A DNA stretch of 64,000 bases from Cyanophora paradoxa CCMP329 (GCA_004431415.1 QPMI01000125.1:9428-73427), one strand, 5' to 3'. Numbered from the stretch's first letter, positions 39,015 through 50,375 are shown. Program-made: numbers and translations. The notes: generated from the letters alone by a model not told the origin.

Positions 39015-40917
39015 TACGACGGCGCAGGTGCAGCTGACGACGGCGAAGCAGCGGACGGCGGCGCGGGGCCTCTTCCAGTCCGGCGGCTTCGCCTCCGTCC
39101 TCCGATCGCGTGCCTCCACGGAGCCTCGCGGAGTCTCGACTCTCGAGTGCGCAAAAACTCCGGTGCCGATTCACACGTGCACTGCCGAACCACGCCATTG
39201 GCCAAGTTGGGGGAAAAAGATTCACTTGCGTGTTTTTTTTCAAAAAAATGCAATTGTCGAGTCAATGTCGACCTCGACGGCGAGTCGACGCGCGCGTACG
39301 TCACCCAGCTGTTAACGTTGCCCCGCCGCCGGGCCGCCGGCCCGGCGGCGGCCGCCGCTCAGCGGCTAGCTACAGCGCCGCCGCCGCCGCGGCGCTTGCC
39401 AAGTTGCCAAGTTGCCGGCTCTAGATCTGGCTGTTCACAGATCTAGACTCGCAGTCAGAGTCTCGAGCCTCGACTCATCAGAGACTCAGAGGCACCTTCA
39501 AAAGCTTAAATTCGGATTGTAAAAGAAGTTAATACAATCATGAGATGCGCTAATTAAGAAGCCTAATTTTTTAAAGATGAAGTCTAGTCTCTCAGAAAAA
39601 GTTCAGAAAATGGCAGTAATCTTCGCTGATCTTAACTTGTTACAATCTTTCCATTCACGCCGGCGCCACGCACAGGATTTGACTCATTTGAGAACTGCAG
39701 AGTCTGCAGCTGAGAGCCTGAGACTCCTGAGAGTCTAAATATGTGCAAGCAATCAATGATTGAGCGTCAGAGACGGCCGGACTTGATAATGATTCATGAC
39801 AAGGTTAACAATTCTCAATGACAATTAAGCTTGCGCCCGTTCAAAAAAAGACAAGCGTTTAATTTTGTCGACGTCGACGTCGATCGCGATATCGCCGAGT
39901 CGATCAGCGACTGTTGACGTCGACGTCAGCTGCATGCAGGATGCAGCTGCGCATGCCGCAGTGCAAGTTCAACGGTTGTACTGAACTTGTACATGTGCAA
40001 CCTTAACTTAGTAACTAAAATGCATTGTTTCTCACTGAGTCATGGACGTACTACGGTACGTCGACAACTTTCTGTTGATTATAAAAACAACGACTTCAAG
40101 AATTCGATATCGATCGAATGAAAACCGCGCCGTTTGGGCAACTTACCTTCGCTCAGCTGCATCATCCTGCCTGCAGGCTGGGAGCGGGCTCGCGATCGCG
40201 AGTCGCGAGTCTCGCGACAGCGGTAAAACATGCAATTATCCAGCGTGACTTTATTTCGGCAAAACCCGAAAAATGTGCCGAAATTGTGGTTCATCGGCAT
40301 CATATTTTCGTCAACACAGCCAGTCCGTCTAGGTGGCGGGTACTATGATCCCTCTTCTGCCTTACATCTGCACAATTCTGGCAGTTTCAAATATTCGGCG
40401 CCGCAACTTGGCAAGGCTATATATGCGGCCTAGGCGCCGGCCTCTGCCGAATAGCGCCGAATATTAACTTTTAGTAAGTGCCCGCCGGAGATTTCGTGTT
40501 TTAAAAATTTACAGTAACGTCGACGTACCTCGGTCGACGTCGACGTCGACGTCAGAGTTAAATATTTGCATGCGCATGCATATGCGCAGGCCCAGGTGCA
40601 GGGAATCGAAGAGCTCACGCGGCATGCGCACACTCGGAACCGACACAGGCTAGGCCGGTTGACGCCCAGCTGTTACACTTATGCTTGTACCCCCGGCGGG
40701 CCGCGCAAAACTTGCGGAAGCAGTACTAGTCATCAGCGGATCACGGTTGCGACATTAACGCCGAGCACGCGCGGCGACTCCCTAGCAGCGGTACAGCAAA
40801 CCAGCACCGCAAGCAGCCCGAGGACAGCGCCAGCAGTCATAACGCCGCTTCGTCGGACGTCGGCCTTGCTCATTCGGGCTCGCCATCGGCCGCCGCAGCC
40901 CAGCACAACGCAGCACG

Positions 40918-42705
40918 ATGTCCTCCGCAATTACAGACCGCAACCAGAGCCCAGTGCGTGCCGCCCGCGCGGCCCGTTGACTGAACCAAAATTCATCTGA
41001 CATGTGCGCAGCCAGCAGAGCCGGCCCCGCTCGAGGGCGAGCAGCTGCAGAACAAGCCCAGCGAGGTATACTTTCTGTAGCCGCGCCAGCTCGCCCGCCA
41101 GCCGCGCCCCCGTCTGACAGGTTATACTCACAGGTTGATCGCGACAAGCAGAAACGGCGGGCCCAGCCCGCAGCGCCCCGGTCGGCCTTCGTAATCTTCA
41201 GAACTGGTCAGTAAACCATGTTTATAGTTGTCTTGAGGCTCGCCCCAAGCCGAGCCTAGACCTCCCGCTTCGTCCCCTTCCTAGCCCGACCGAGGCAAAG
41301 TCTAGTCTAGCGGCTCGCGCAGACTGTGTTCTCGAGACTCACACGCTGTACGCAACGCGCAGCTGTCCGTCAGAGCATCCGCGCACAGGTACGCGTCGCG
41401 TCAGGTCCGGTCCGGTCCCGCGACGCCCTCGTTCTCACGAGTCACGACCGGCGGCCGCAGAACCCCAACTTGGGGTCAGAGGCCATTTCAAAGATCATCA
41501 GCGTTCACTGGCGCAAGTTGAGTGCTGCCGAGCAGAAGGTGCGAGCTGAACCTAGTCACGCGCCTCTTCCCCTCCGGACTTCGTCGCTTCGAAGTGGGCT
41601 GAACCCAAAGAAGAGCGTTTTTGAATAAAAACATCGCACTAGAATAGCACGCGTATTCTCTCGCCAGCGCTCAGTCGAACTGATCCGTTTCTCGCAGCCG
41701 TACTTCGAGGAGGCCGAGGAGGACAAGGTCCGCTACCAGCGGGAGGTGGCCGCATACGCCGCCAGCCTCGCCGTCGTTGCCGTCGTCTCTCCCAAGGAGG
41801 AGGTGCCTTCACTCCGGCCGGCCGCGGGGCGCTCCTTCGCTCGCACGCTGACACGCGGGGCAGTCACCGGGCGCCGCTGCGCCGGTCGGCGCCGACGGGG
41901 AGAGCAGCCGCCCGAAGCGCCGGCGCATCGCGTCGCGCCGCGGTGTGAACCCGCTCTTCATCGACTCGCCCGCCGAGGCGATCCCGGAGGTCAAGCGCGA
42001 GCCGGCGAGCGTGCCCCCGTCGTACGCGTCGGGCTCGGTTGAGAGCTACTCCTCCGACGACACGAGCCCGCGGCTCGACACGCCCAAGGCGCACGGCTCC
42101 CCGCGCGAGTCGTCCGCCCCTTTCCTTTTCGTTCCTTTTCCTCGCTTCTCTGAGCGTCCCCGAGCAGCGTCGTCTTCGACTTCGAGGACCAGGACAACGA
42201 GGTGGCGTCCCTGTCGGGCAAGCGGAGGAAGCGGGTCGGGGCGCGCTCGCACGCGCCGGGCTGCATGTGCCCCTTCCACCGCAAGGGCAGCGAGGGCGAA
42301 TCGGAGGAAGAGGAGTGCGCGGCGCTCGCGCAGCACGCTTCCGCGTCGGCGTCGGCGGGCCGGCGGATGGGCGTGCACAGCCACGGCCCCAACTGCAAGT
42401 GCAAGTATCACTGCGCGCAGCGCGGCGAGCGCTGGGTGCAGAAGGGCGCCACCGCCGGCTCCCCGCGCCGCCAGAGCGACGCCGGCGAGGGCTATGGGTC
42501 GGAGGGATCGTCCCGCCAGCAGCAGCAGCAGCAGCGGCGGCGGCGCCCGGAGGGCCGCGTCTGGGCCGACGAGGAGCGGAGCGAGGCCGAATCGGACGTG
42601 GAAAGCCTCGTGCCGGAGACGGACGAGAGCGACCAGGAGGAGCTCGAGGCCGCCTCGCTCCCCTGGGGCCTCGACACGCTCATCGCCGTCTCCTCCAAGT
42701 ACTGA
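40918..42705 (+). CDS. HMG-box DNA-binding protein, multi-exon
   Basis: The spliced HMG box reads QPAAPRSAFVIFRT|AVRQSIRAQ|NPNLGSEAISKIISVHWRKLSAAEQK|PYFEEAEEDKVRYQREVAAY. The protein ends WGLDTLIAVSSKY-stop at 42705. The start is approximate. Confidence 0.85.
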
Positions 42706-44425
42706 GCCGCCTCCACGCGTTCACCGTCTCTTTCATCGTTTTTGAAATCGCGGCCCTCCATAATTAATTCCAGACCCCCGCCTTCATTCACTCCGATCCT
42801 TACGTATAATATGTAGTAGTACCTTGATACGTATACCGGCATTCTCCGTCGCTCCTCGAGCGACTTCAAGCAGTCACGTGGCTGGCCTCAGTTCCAGCGT
42901 TGTTTAACGTAGGAAGCTTTGAAATCGACCATCAAATGCGCATACAGATCTAGGGTATACGTAGTAATAGAGATGTAGAGCACAGTGTCCTATTTTTCTA
43001 TTGCGTGGGCGGCTCGCTCGTTTAAGCCTAATGATGTTGCAGCTAATTGTTTAGAGATGTTTTCTGCCCCGCCTTGCAGTGGGTGGTCAGTAAAGGCCGG
43101 CTGCCGACAGTCACTGAGTAATTTTCTATGTGTGTAAGCTTGCATCGCTTTCTGAAGGCTAGCGGTTTGATCCATGATGTGGGGCTTCAAAGCGCCCCTA
43201 GTGTAGTGCACTGTAGTCTCCGAGGCTCTTAGTAACTCTGTGAAGTGTTCATTTTTTGTCGTTCGCATGTATGAGTGCTCCTAGGTCTAGTGCTAATCAT
43301 CGATTATTGGATAGTCAATCGCTTGTGTGTGTATTGCATTGCGTTCATGTTGCATTCGTATGATAGTATTAGTTCTCTATTTAATTATGACCTTGAACAC
43401 GAGCACGGCCCCAACTGCAAGTGCAAGTATCACTGCGCGCAGCGCGGCGAGCGCTGGGTGCAGAAGGGCGCCACCGCCGGCTCCCCGCGCCGCCAGAGCG
43501 ACGCCGGCGAGGGCTATGGGTCGGAGGGATCGTCCCGCCAGCAGCAGCAGCAGCAGCGGCGGCGGCGCCCGGAGGGCCGCGTCTGGGCCGACGAGGAGCG
43601 GAGCGAGGCCGAATCGGACGTGGAAAGCCTCGTGCCGGAGACGGACGAGAGCGACCAGGAGGAGCTCGAGGCCGCCTCGCTCCCCTGGGGCCTCGACACG
43701 CTCATCGCCGTCTCCTCCAAGTACTGAGCCGCCTCCACGCGTTCACCGTCTCTTTCATCGTTTTTGAAATCGCGGCCCTCCATAATTAATTCCAGACCCC
43801 CGCCTTCATTCACTCCGATCCTTACGTATAATATGTAGTAGTACCTTGATACGTATACCGGCATTCTCCGTCGCTCCTCGAGCGACTTCAAGCAGTCACG
43901 TGGCTGGCCTCAGTTCCAGCGTTGTTTAACGTAGGAAGCTTTGAAATCGACCATCAAATGCGCATACAGATCTAGGGTATACGTAGTAATAGAGATGTAG
44001 AGCACAGTGTCCTATTTTTCTATTGCGTGGGCGGCTCGCTCGTTTAAGCCTAATGATGTTGCAGCTAATTGTTTAGAGATGTTTTCTGCCCCGCCTTGCA
44101 GTGGGTGGTCAGTAAAGGCCGGCTGCCGACAGTCACTGAGTAATTTTCTATGTGTGTAAGCTTGCATCGCTTTCTGAAGGCTAGCGGTTTGATCCATGAT
44201 GTGGGGCTTCAAAGCGCCCCTAGTGTAGTGCACTGTAGTCTCCGAGGCTCTTAGTAACTCTGTGAAGTGTTCATTTTTTGTCGTTCGCATGTATGAGTGC
44301 TCCTAGGTCTAGTGCTAATCATCGATTATTGGATAGTCAATCGCTTGTGTGTGTATTGCATTGCGTTCATGTTGCATTCGTATGATAGTATTAGTTCTCT
44401 ATTTAATTATGACCTTGAACACGAG
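42382..44425 (+). repeat. Tandem duplication, 2 x 1022 bp (42382-43403, 43404-44425)
   Basis: Identical ORFs are offset by 1022 (42492/43514, 42990/44012). The junction is ...gaacacgag|cacggcccc. Confidence 0.95.
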
Positions 44426-45309
44426 TCGTTAAACGCTAATCGGATCTCGAGCACTGATCATGATCGTGAATCGCCGAGTCGCGCCGCGGCGAAACAAATG
44501 TGACTCAGTGTCACAGTGTTAAAGAACGGAAGCTGTCGAGGTTCGAATAATTTTGGATCATCATGGCATCATGGCATCTCAGCCTGGCCATGGCAGAGTA
44601 CTAGTCGACGTCTAGATTTGCATCAGCTGCAGGAGTTCTACATCGCCCAATTTATCTCTCCGACCATCATGGAATCGATATCCCTCGCTAGGCCTCCCTC
44701 CCTGCCCGGCCGGCGCTGGCGCGGCCCCGGCGCCCCCGGGGCCGGGCCGCGGCACGGTCATGATCACATTAACATTTGAGTTCGCTCAAGATGATACGGA
44801 TCATCTGCATACAGTGTCTCGCCTGAACGGCAATACCGAGCTGAATCAAACTGCTAGCTCATCAGCTATCTAAGAACACGGAAACTAGTCCTGCTGAGAA
44901 ATGAAAGGCCTGCTGAAACCTAACAGGGCGCGACGCGGGACTGGCCCCCGCGGTACACCCGGCCCCGGCCCTCGAGTCGAAGGGCAGGGGCGCTGAATCT
45001 CGGCCTGTGAAACTGGACTTGAAACCTAAGGGACGGTCCGAATGCAGGTAGCGAAACGAGCGAGCGAGGCGAGCGGAGGGGGTCGCCGCCGTGCCCCAGG
45101 CCCGGCCCATCACTGGGCCTTCTTGGGGTGGCCGGCGCTGGCGCCGCCGGAGGAGGGCGAGAGGGGCCCCCCGCGGGGCCGCGACGCGGCCGGGGGCGGC
45201 GTGATGGAGCCGGAGAGGTCGATGGGGCGGAGCGGGGGCGTGTGGGGCGGGGGCGCCCCGAGCCCGTCGGTGTCCGATCTGCGGAGGCGAGGGATCAGAC
45301 GGAGCCGAG

Positions 45310-45343
45310 CCGAGGCGAGCCGAGCCGGCTCGGCTCGGCTCGG
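45310..45343. repeat. 34-bp palindrome with one mismatched pair
   Basis: ccgaggcgagccgagcc|ggctcggctcggctcgg, centred at 45326/45327. Confidence 0.85.
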
Positions 45344-45360
45344 AAAAAAGGTCTATATAT

Positions 45361-45481
45361 GATATTTGATTCTCGATAATGGTCTTTTAAAAAGAGAATT
45401 TTCTAAAAATCTATACATACATATAAGATATTTGATTCTCGATAATGGTCTTTTAAAAAGAGAATTTTCTAAAAATCTATA
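45361..45481. repeat. Two identical 55-bp AT-rich direct repeats (period 66)
   Basis: gatatttgattctcgataatggtcttttaaaaagagaattttctaaaaatctata at 45361-45415 and 45427-45481. Confidence 0.95.
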
Positions 45482-45841
45482 TATATGAGGGCCATCAATG
45501 GGCCAAACGCGAAAAGTCAACTCCGAGAGCTCGAGACTCGGAAGTGACGCTTGGATTGCGGAGGTTCTTATAACCGCCGCAACAGCTGTGGGGGTACCCC
45601 CTCCGAGGCTGGCGATCGCGGCGATCACGACCCTGGCGATCGCGATTTTCTCCCGATCGCGACCCTTTTCGATCGCGATTTCGAGATCGGGGACATTAAT
45701 GCGATCGCGAGAAAGGAAAAATCGGAAAAGGCCGAAAAGTGCCGTTTTCACGCGTGAAATCGATCGAAAACGAGGGTTCGAATCCCGGGCCCGGATTTGG
45801 ACTTGGTCAGAATCTCGAGTCAAAATGGGAGAAAAATGTGA

Positions 45842-45925
45842 CCTGGGACTTGGGACTTGGGACTTGGGACTTGGGACTTGGGACTTGGGACTTGGGAAGA
45901 GTTGGAATCAGAGTCTGGACCCAAA
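45842..45925 (+). repeat. (GGGACTT)7 cassette 1
   Basis: cct-(gggactt)x7-gggaagagttggaatcagagtctggaccca. Confidence 0.95.
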
Positions 45926-45996
45926 AGCGGGGAAATTTTCGGACGGGGAGAAAAATGTCAGGCAATCTCTATTACGATTTTCCCTTTGAGTTGAAT

Positions 45997-46425
45997 ATGG
46001 CATTCGAGAGGTTGCGCGAGTTCTGGCGTTGGCACCTCACGGGACATGACATCCCCGACGTAACACCAGAGCCCAACACACAGGGCGTGCTTGAAGTCAT
46101 CCGTCAATATCCGCGTCGATTCAATGAATGGATTGAGTTCCACGCGACGAGCCGTTTCCAGAGCCTCCCCGAGGCCATACGCGAAAATTTCGTGAGGCTG
46201 GTGGGACCAGGCTACGACAACCCTAACAATCATAGACCACGCCCAGCTGGCGTGACACGCGAAGCTCGAGAAGACCGTAGACTTTTCCGCAGGGAATTGA
46301 GAGAGGATAGACGGAGGCTTTCAATGGGGCTCCCGCAGATTGTGAGGGGGTACAGCCCGGATTACGAGACTTACCAAGAATTGTACGGCTTCGAAAATCC
46401 CTTTGAGAGGGCACTACCAGGGTGA
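45997..46425 (+). CDS. Viral hypothetical protein (142 aa)
   Basis: MAFERLREFWRWHLTGHDIPD...FERALPG. The upstream extension in the ORF track is only the translated heptamer repeat. Confidence 0.7.
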   Translation: MAFERLREFWRWHLTGHDIPDVTPEPNTQGVLEVIRQYPRRFNEWIEFHATSRFQSLPEAIRENFVRLVGPGYDNPNNHRPRPAGVTREAREDRRLFRRELREDRRRLSMGLPQIVRGYSPDYETYQELYGFENPFERALPG

Positions 46426-46764
46426 GGGGCCAGGGGGGCCCCTGAGGGTGTACCCCCGGCCCGAGACTCGACCTTCGGCGGACGCACTCGGGCGATTTCC
46501 GTCAGGCCGGCTCCCTTTTTCTGCCTTCGGTCCAACGCTAAATTTGGCTTTTTTCAGGCCAGTTGGCAACGTTTTCCGTTGCGAACTAGACCGCGAAAAA
46601 AATCGCCCACAAAACCGCGGTCCGCCGCCATTTTGGCTCACTCTTGAAACGGGTTCGCCGCCTTCTCTCAGCCCAAGGAAACCCCGCCTCTCCGAATTTT
46701 CACAAGTCCGCCCTCACAGTCACCTCACGTTTTGCCTTTGCTGATTTCTTTTCCCTTTGCGCAG

Positions 46765-47832
46765 ATGTCGATTCCCGCTGAGCTTGCCGAGGACTTCGCC
46801 TTTGTCCAAGCAACGTGGGCTAACTCCGGTGGCACTCAAGGGGCTACCCCTGAGATGGAGCAGCGCGCCGACGCTCTGGGGTACATCTACAATTATGCCA
46901 TCTTACGCGCCACTGGCCCCGAAGTGCAACTTCTCCCCAAGTCCGCCTTCACGTCCAAGGCCAAGAAATCCAAGTCCAAGCAACCCAAGCCCGAGCCCCC
47001 CGTCGACGTGCCCCCGTCCCCGGCTGGGTCAAGACCGCCAACGGCTGGGGCGACCCCAAGCTTTTCGCCGAGTCTGCTGCCGAGACGCTCGCCTGGGCCT
47101 ACCCCCTCAAGTCTTCACGAATTACCCCCCTCCGTCATCGTCGTCATCTGCCCCTCAGCCCGTCGCCGAGCCCGCCCCGAGCCCGCCGATGACGCCAAGT
47201 CCGAGGCCTCTGACGTCGAGTCTGACATCAACGACTTCATCGACTTTGACGTGCCGATTCCATACGACTCTGAGTCGTCTTCTGACTCTGAAGGCGACAA
47301 CGAAAACCCGACTCGCAAGCGCCGCATTATCAAGACCAAGTCAATCGTCAAGAAGAAGTTCATGGAGACTACGTCATTCACCGACAACTCCGAGCGCGTC
47401 AAGGACCCCGCCAAGGCACACGAGAAGGACTTGAAGCTCGGCGCCGGCATTGCCCGTTCTCGCGTGACGTCACACTACAGCGAGCGCCTGACTCAGCACG
47501 TCAAGACCATTGAGAAGCGCGTCCTCTGCAACGAGCTCCGCAAGGAGTTGGAGCGCAAGCGGCGCCACGAGCGCCTTGTCCAGTACCAGATCAACAAGGC
47601 GCGGATCGCCGAGCGCAAGCAGAAGGAGGCGGCCGAGCTCAAGGCGCGCATCGAGGCTCAGCAGCAGCGCGAGGCAGAGGCGGCAGCGGCCTTGGCGGCG
47701 CAGCGCGAGCGCGAGCGGCAGGACTTGGTGCAGGCAGCGCAGTCCCTTCCCCGCATTCCCCTTAAGTCGGCGCCCGAGGGCCTCATTGAGTTGGTTTCCG
47801 ATGACGATGACTCTGACTTTGAGATGCTGTAA
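46765..47832 (+). CDS. Viral hypothetical protein with Pro-rich/acidic middle and C-terminal coiled coil
   Basis: Intron-less ORF of ~355 aa from MSIPAELAEDFAF..., with a coherent charged-helical C-terminus. Confidence 0.8.
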   Translation: MSIPAELAEDFAFVQATWANSGGTQGATPEMEQRADALGYIYNYAILRATGPEVQLLPKSAFTSKAKKSKSKQPKPEPPVDVPPSPAGSRPPTAGATPSFSPSLLPRRSPGPTPSSLHELPPSVIVVICPSARRRARPEPADDAKSEASDVESDINDFIDFDVPIPYDSESSSDSEGDNENPTRKRRIIKTKSIVKKKFMETTSFTDNSERVKDPAKAHEKDLKLGAGIARSRVTSHYSERLTQHVKTIEKRVLCNELRKELERKRRHERLVQYQINKARIAERKQKEAAELKARIEAQQQREAEAAAALAAQRERERQDLVQAAQSLPRIPLKSAPEGLIELVSDDDDSDFEML

Positions 47833-47903
47833 ATAGTATTGCGTCATTCCATTGTACATACTTGTAAAAATTGGCCGACTATTCAGTTACGACTTGGCGC
47901 GAT

Positions 47904-48022
47904 CCTGGGACTTGGGACTTGGGACTTGGGACTTGGGACTTGGGACTTGGGACTTGGGAAGAGTTAGACTCAGGGTCTGGGCCCAGAATCTCTCTGGATC
48001 TGAGAGTTTGCCGCGCCAAGTC
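47904..48022 (+). repeat. (GGGACTT)7 cassette 2
   Basis: cct-(gggactt)x7-gggaagagttagactcagggtctgggcccagaatctctctggatctgagagtttg. Confidence 0.95.
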
Positions 48023-48245
48023 CCTAACCACCGGGCAGACATGTAGAGGGGTACGGAAATCTGCATATGACGTTTCTGGTGACATTCCAGGTGAGATTTC
48101 AAGCGAGGTAGAGTCTGAACTGGTGTACGACTTGTAGCATGATACTGGACATGAAAGCTCACGAGAGTATGCAACCGAAAACGGATGTGAAGAGGGGTAG
48201 GAGTTTTCGTGTGAGATGTCGAGAGAAGGAGGGTACGAGATGGGA

Positions 48246-48292
48246 TACGAGTAAAAAAGACTACGAGTAAAAAAGACTACGAGTAAAAAAGA
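48246..48292 (+). repeat. 3 x 16-bp direct repeat TACGAGTAAAAAAGAC
   Basis: Read directly. A partial fourth copy lies at ~48309-48319. Confidence 0.9.
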
Positions 48293-48337
48293 GTATGAGG
48301 AGTGGTAGGAGTAAAAAAGTCGGTAGAAAAACTCACC

Positions 48338-48484
48338 TGACTTGTCTGACAAATTTCTGATCCTGGAGAAAGTCTGGGCCGGGACCTGGGTTTCAACTCT
48401 TCCCAAGTCCCAAGTCCCAAGTCCCAAGTCCCAAGTCCCAAGTCCCAAGTCCCAAGTCCCAAGTCCCAAGTCCCAAGTCCCAGG
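48338..48484 (-). repeat. (GGGACTT)11 cassette 3, inverted relative to cassette 2
   Basis: Reverse complement: cct-(gggactt)x11-gggaagagttgaaacccaggtcccggcccagactttctccaggatcagaaatttg. Confidence 0.95.
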
Positions 48485-48505
48485 TTTTTCTGAACCTAGG
48501 GCAAA

Positions 48506-48870
48506 ATGGCCCTGCTCCGGTGCACCGACTCGCAAGACGTCGCCTACAACGTCCTGGTCAACTCGGACGTACCCCGAGTGCCTTGGAGTTTCCCTGGAGA
48601 GTGGACAGGGACAGGGTGAGCAAGACGTTTGGAGGGCGCAAGCACTACCTCTCCCAGCTGATCCTCGGGAAGTCGCCACGTGGACGCTACGTGGAACACA
48701 TCAACGGCAACCCGCTGGACTACAGGAGGGAGAACCTGCGCTGGGCATCAATGTCGGAGATTCGCAAGAAGAGGAGGGGGTACGCCAATTTACAGGAGAA
48801 GAGCGAGGAGATTCGGGAGATGATGGAGGCGACACAGGTGCTAATGCAGCTTAGCCAGTCTAGACGCTAG
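48506..48870 (+). CDS. HNH-family endonuclease-like protein (one frameshift near the 5' end)
   Basis: YLSQLILGKSPRGRYVEHINGNPLDYRRENLRWASMSE resembles the phage HNH pattern VDHINGxxxDNRxxNLRW. The first conserved Asn is Tyr and the final His/Asn is missing, so it may be inactive. Confidence 0.75.
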
Positions 48871-49672
48871 TGGTGTGAATCTTGGTGTCGTACTCGCGAC
48901 CGACCGTTTCCCAGGCCACGTAAACTTCGGCTCCGGCGCCTGGCGCTGTCGAGTTGGTAGTCGCAGTCGTGTAGTCCGCCTCTGCCTCAATTAGTTCGGC
49001 CATGAGGGTAGAGCCCACGACCATTCCAGAGGTAGGCATTCCGGCGATGTTGTTGTACAATTTGAAAGTGAATTTCGTGAAGAGGAGCCGGGGCCAGACC
49101 TGGGTACGGGGATTCGAGGCGCCGTATGAATAATCGGTACCCGAGGCGCCGCCCGTGGTGGCATTCGTCATCATCTCCTTTGCGGTCATCTTCCAGAGGT
49201 TGTACATCTCAAAGGGAACGGCCTGCGTGGTCTTGTGTGTGGCATCGATGAGGGCGCCATCTAAATGCGTTTTGATGTTCGGATTCGCACCATTCCCGAA
49301 TTTGCGAGTGAGGGCGGTGTTAGCGGTGAACTTGAGTTCGAGCACGCGAATGGCGGGCCGATCAGGCACAGAGGGCTCTATCTTTTTCAGGAGGCCCGAG
49401 AGCCAGAGCGCCTCCGCCTCATCCGCGCTCACGCCCGAGTCGATGTCAAAGTACACGTACACGGAGCAGGAGGCGGGATTCTCGAAATCGTTGGAGGTGA
49501 CGCGCAACATGACGGGATTCTGGACCCTCACGGTGAGCGGGGTGGCGTAGTTTCCGTCCCACTCCACCTTGTCCGTCCCTGCGTTGGCCACGTTCCCAGC
49601 GTTGCCGTAGAAATCGGGGACGATCGAGCCGGCAGACACGGTCTTCACGATGGTGGCCGAGGTGGTCGGCAT
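48860..49672 (-). CDS. Viral beta-rich putative virion protein, paralog A (270 aa)
   Basis: Clean ORF that aligns in several blocks with the neighbouring gene. Confidence 0.8.
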   Translation of the reverse strand: MPTTSATIVKTVSAGSIVPDFYGNAGNVANAGTDKVEWDGNYATPLTVRVQNPVMLRVTSNDFENPASCSVYVYFDIDSGVSADEAEALWLSGLLKKIEPSVPDRPAIRVLELKFTANTALTRKFGNGANPNIKTHLDGALIDATHKTTQAVPFEMYNLWKMTAKEMMTNATTGGASGTDYSYGASNPRTQVWPRLLFTKFTFKLYNNIAGMPTSGMVVGSTLMAELIEAEADYTTATTNSTAPGAGAEVYVAWETVGREYDTKIHTTSV

Positions 49673-49695
49673 TTTGCGACCTCAAATGAGAAAGA

Positions 49696-50375
49696 TTATC
49701 CGTGAAAGAGGGTGATGTCGCCACCGATGTTCATGACGCGGGCCCCAGGCACAGAGTCAGCGTCGGTGCCGTACGCGTAGGAAATCGAGCACTCACGCAG
49801 CTCCGCGCAGAGGCTGGCGCCCGTGCTGAAGTGGGGCTGGTCGGCGGCGTAGGAGAGGGGGAAGACCTGGAACCTGAAAAAGGTGAAGGGGAAGCGGGGT
49901 AGAGTCGAGCCGCGTGGGTTGCCGCCCGTGTAGAGGGCCCCAGGGTCGCGGGACTTGGATTGAATTTCGTGAAGAGCACGTCGCCCTTGAGCGTACCCCT
50001 CATCTGGTAAGTTCCCGTACCCGGAAGATTCGAAGAACTGGGGTACCGGTTCACGGTGGGGCCGTACCCCGTCTCCCTGAACTTGACCTCGAGACAGCGC
50101 AAGACGTTGGCAGTGGCCGTGGCAGGTGCCACCTTTTTCACGAGTCCTGATTCGTGCAGCAGCTCGATAACCTCTGCGCTGAGGCTCAGAGGGTCGAAGA
50201 AGAGCTGGTAGGAATAAATCTTGGGCGTGGCGTAGGCGTTCTGAACGACCTGAATCACGACGGGATTCTGCAGAAAGACGTCGACGTAACTGCCGGAGGG
50301 TATGCGTGCGAAATCCTTGGTGTTGTTGCCAACGTCAAGTGAGCCGCTGAGGGTCTGGTACCAGTTGGAAGTCAT
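49696..50375 (-). CDS. Viral beta-rich putative virion protein, paralog B (frameshift at ~49898)
   Basis: Restoring one C in a C-run gives ...LYPRFPFTFFRFQVF...GASLCAELRECSISY...ITLFHG-stop, which matches paralog A. Confidence 0.78.

Noticed and set aside
45842-48484. Heptamer arrays as a CRISPR array or true telomere
   Set aside because: There are no spacers and no cas genes. The arrays are short, internal, in both orientations and embedded in conserved cassettes.
45498-48854. ORFs containing WDLGLGT / SQVPSPK repeats (45498-45989, 47879-48679, 48342-48854 and others)
   Set aside because: These are translations of the stop-free heptamer repeat in several frames and on both strands.
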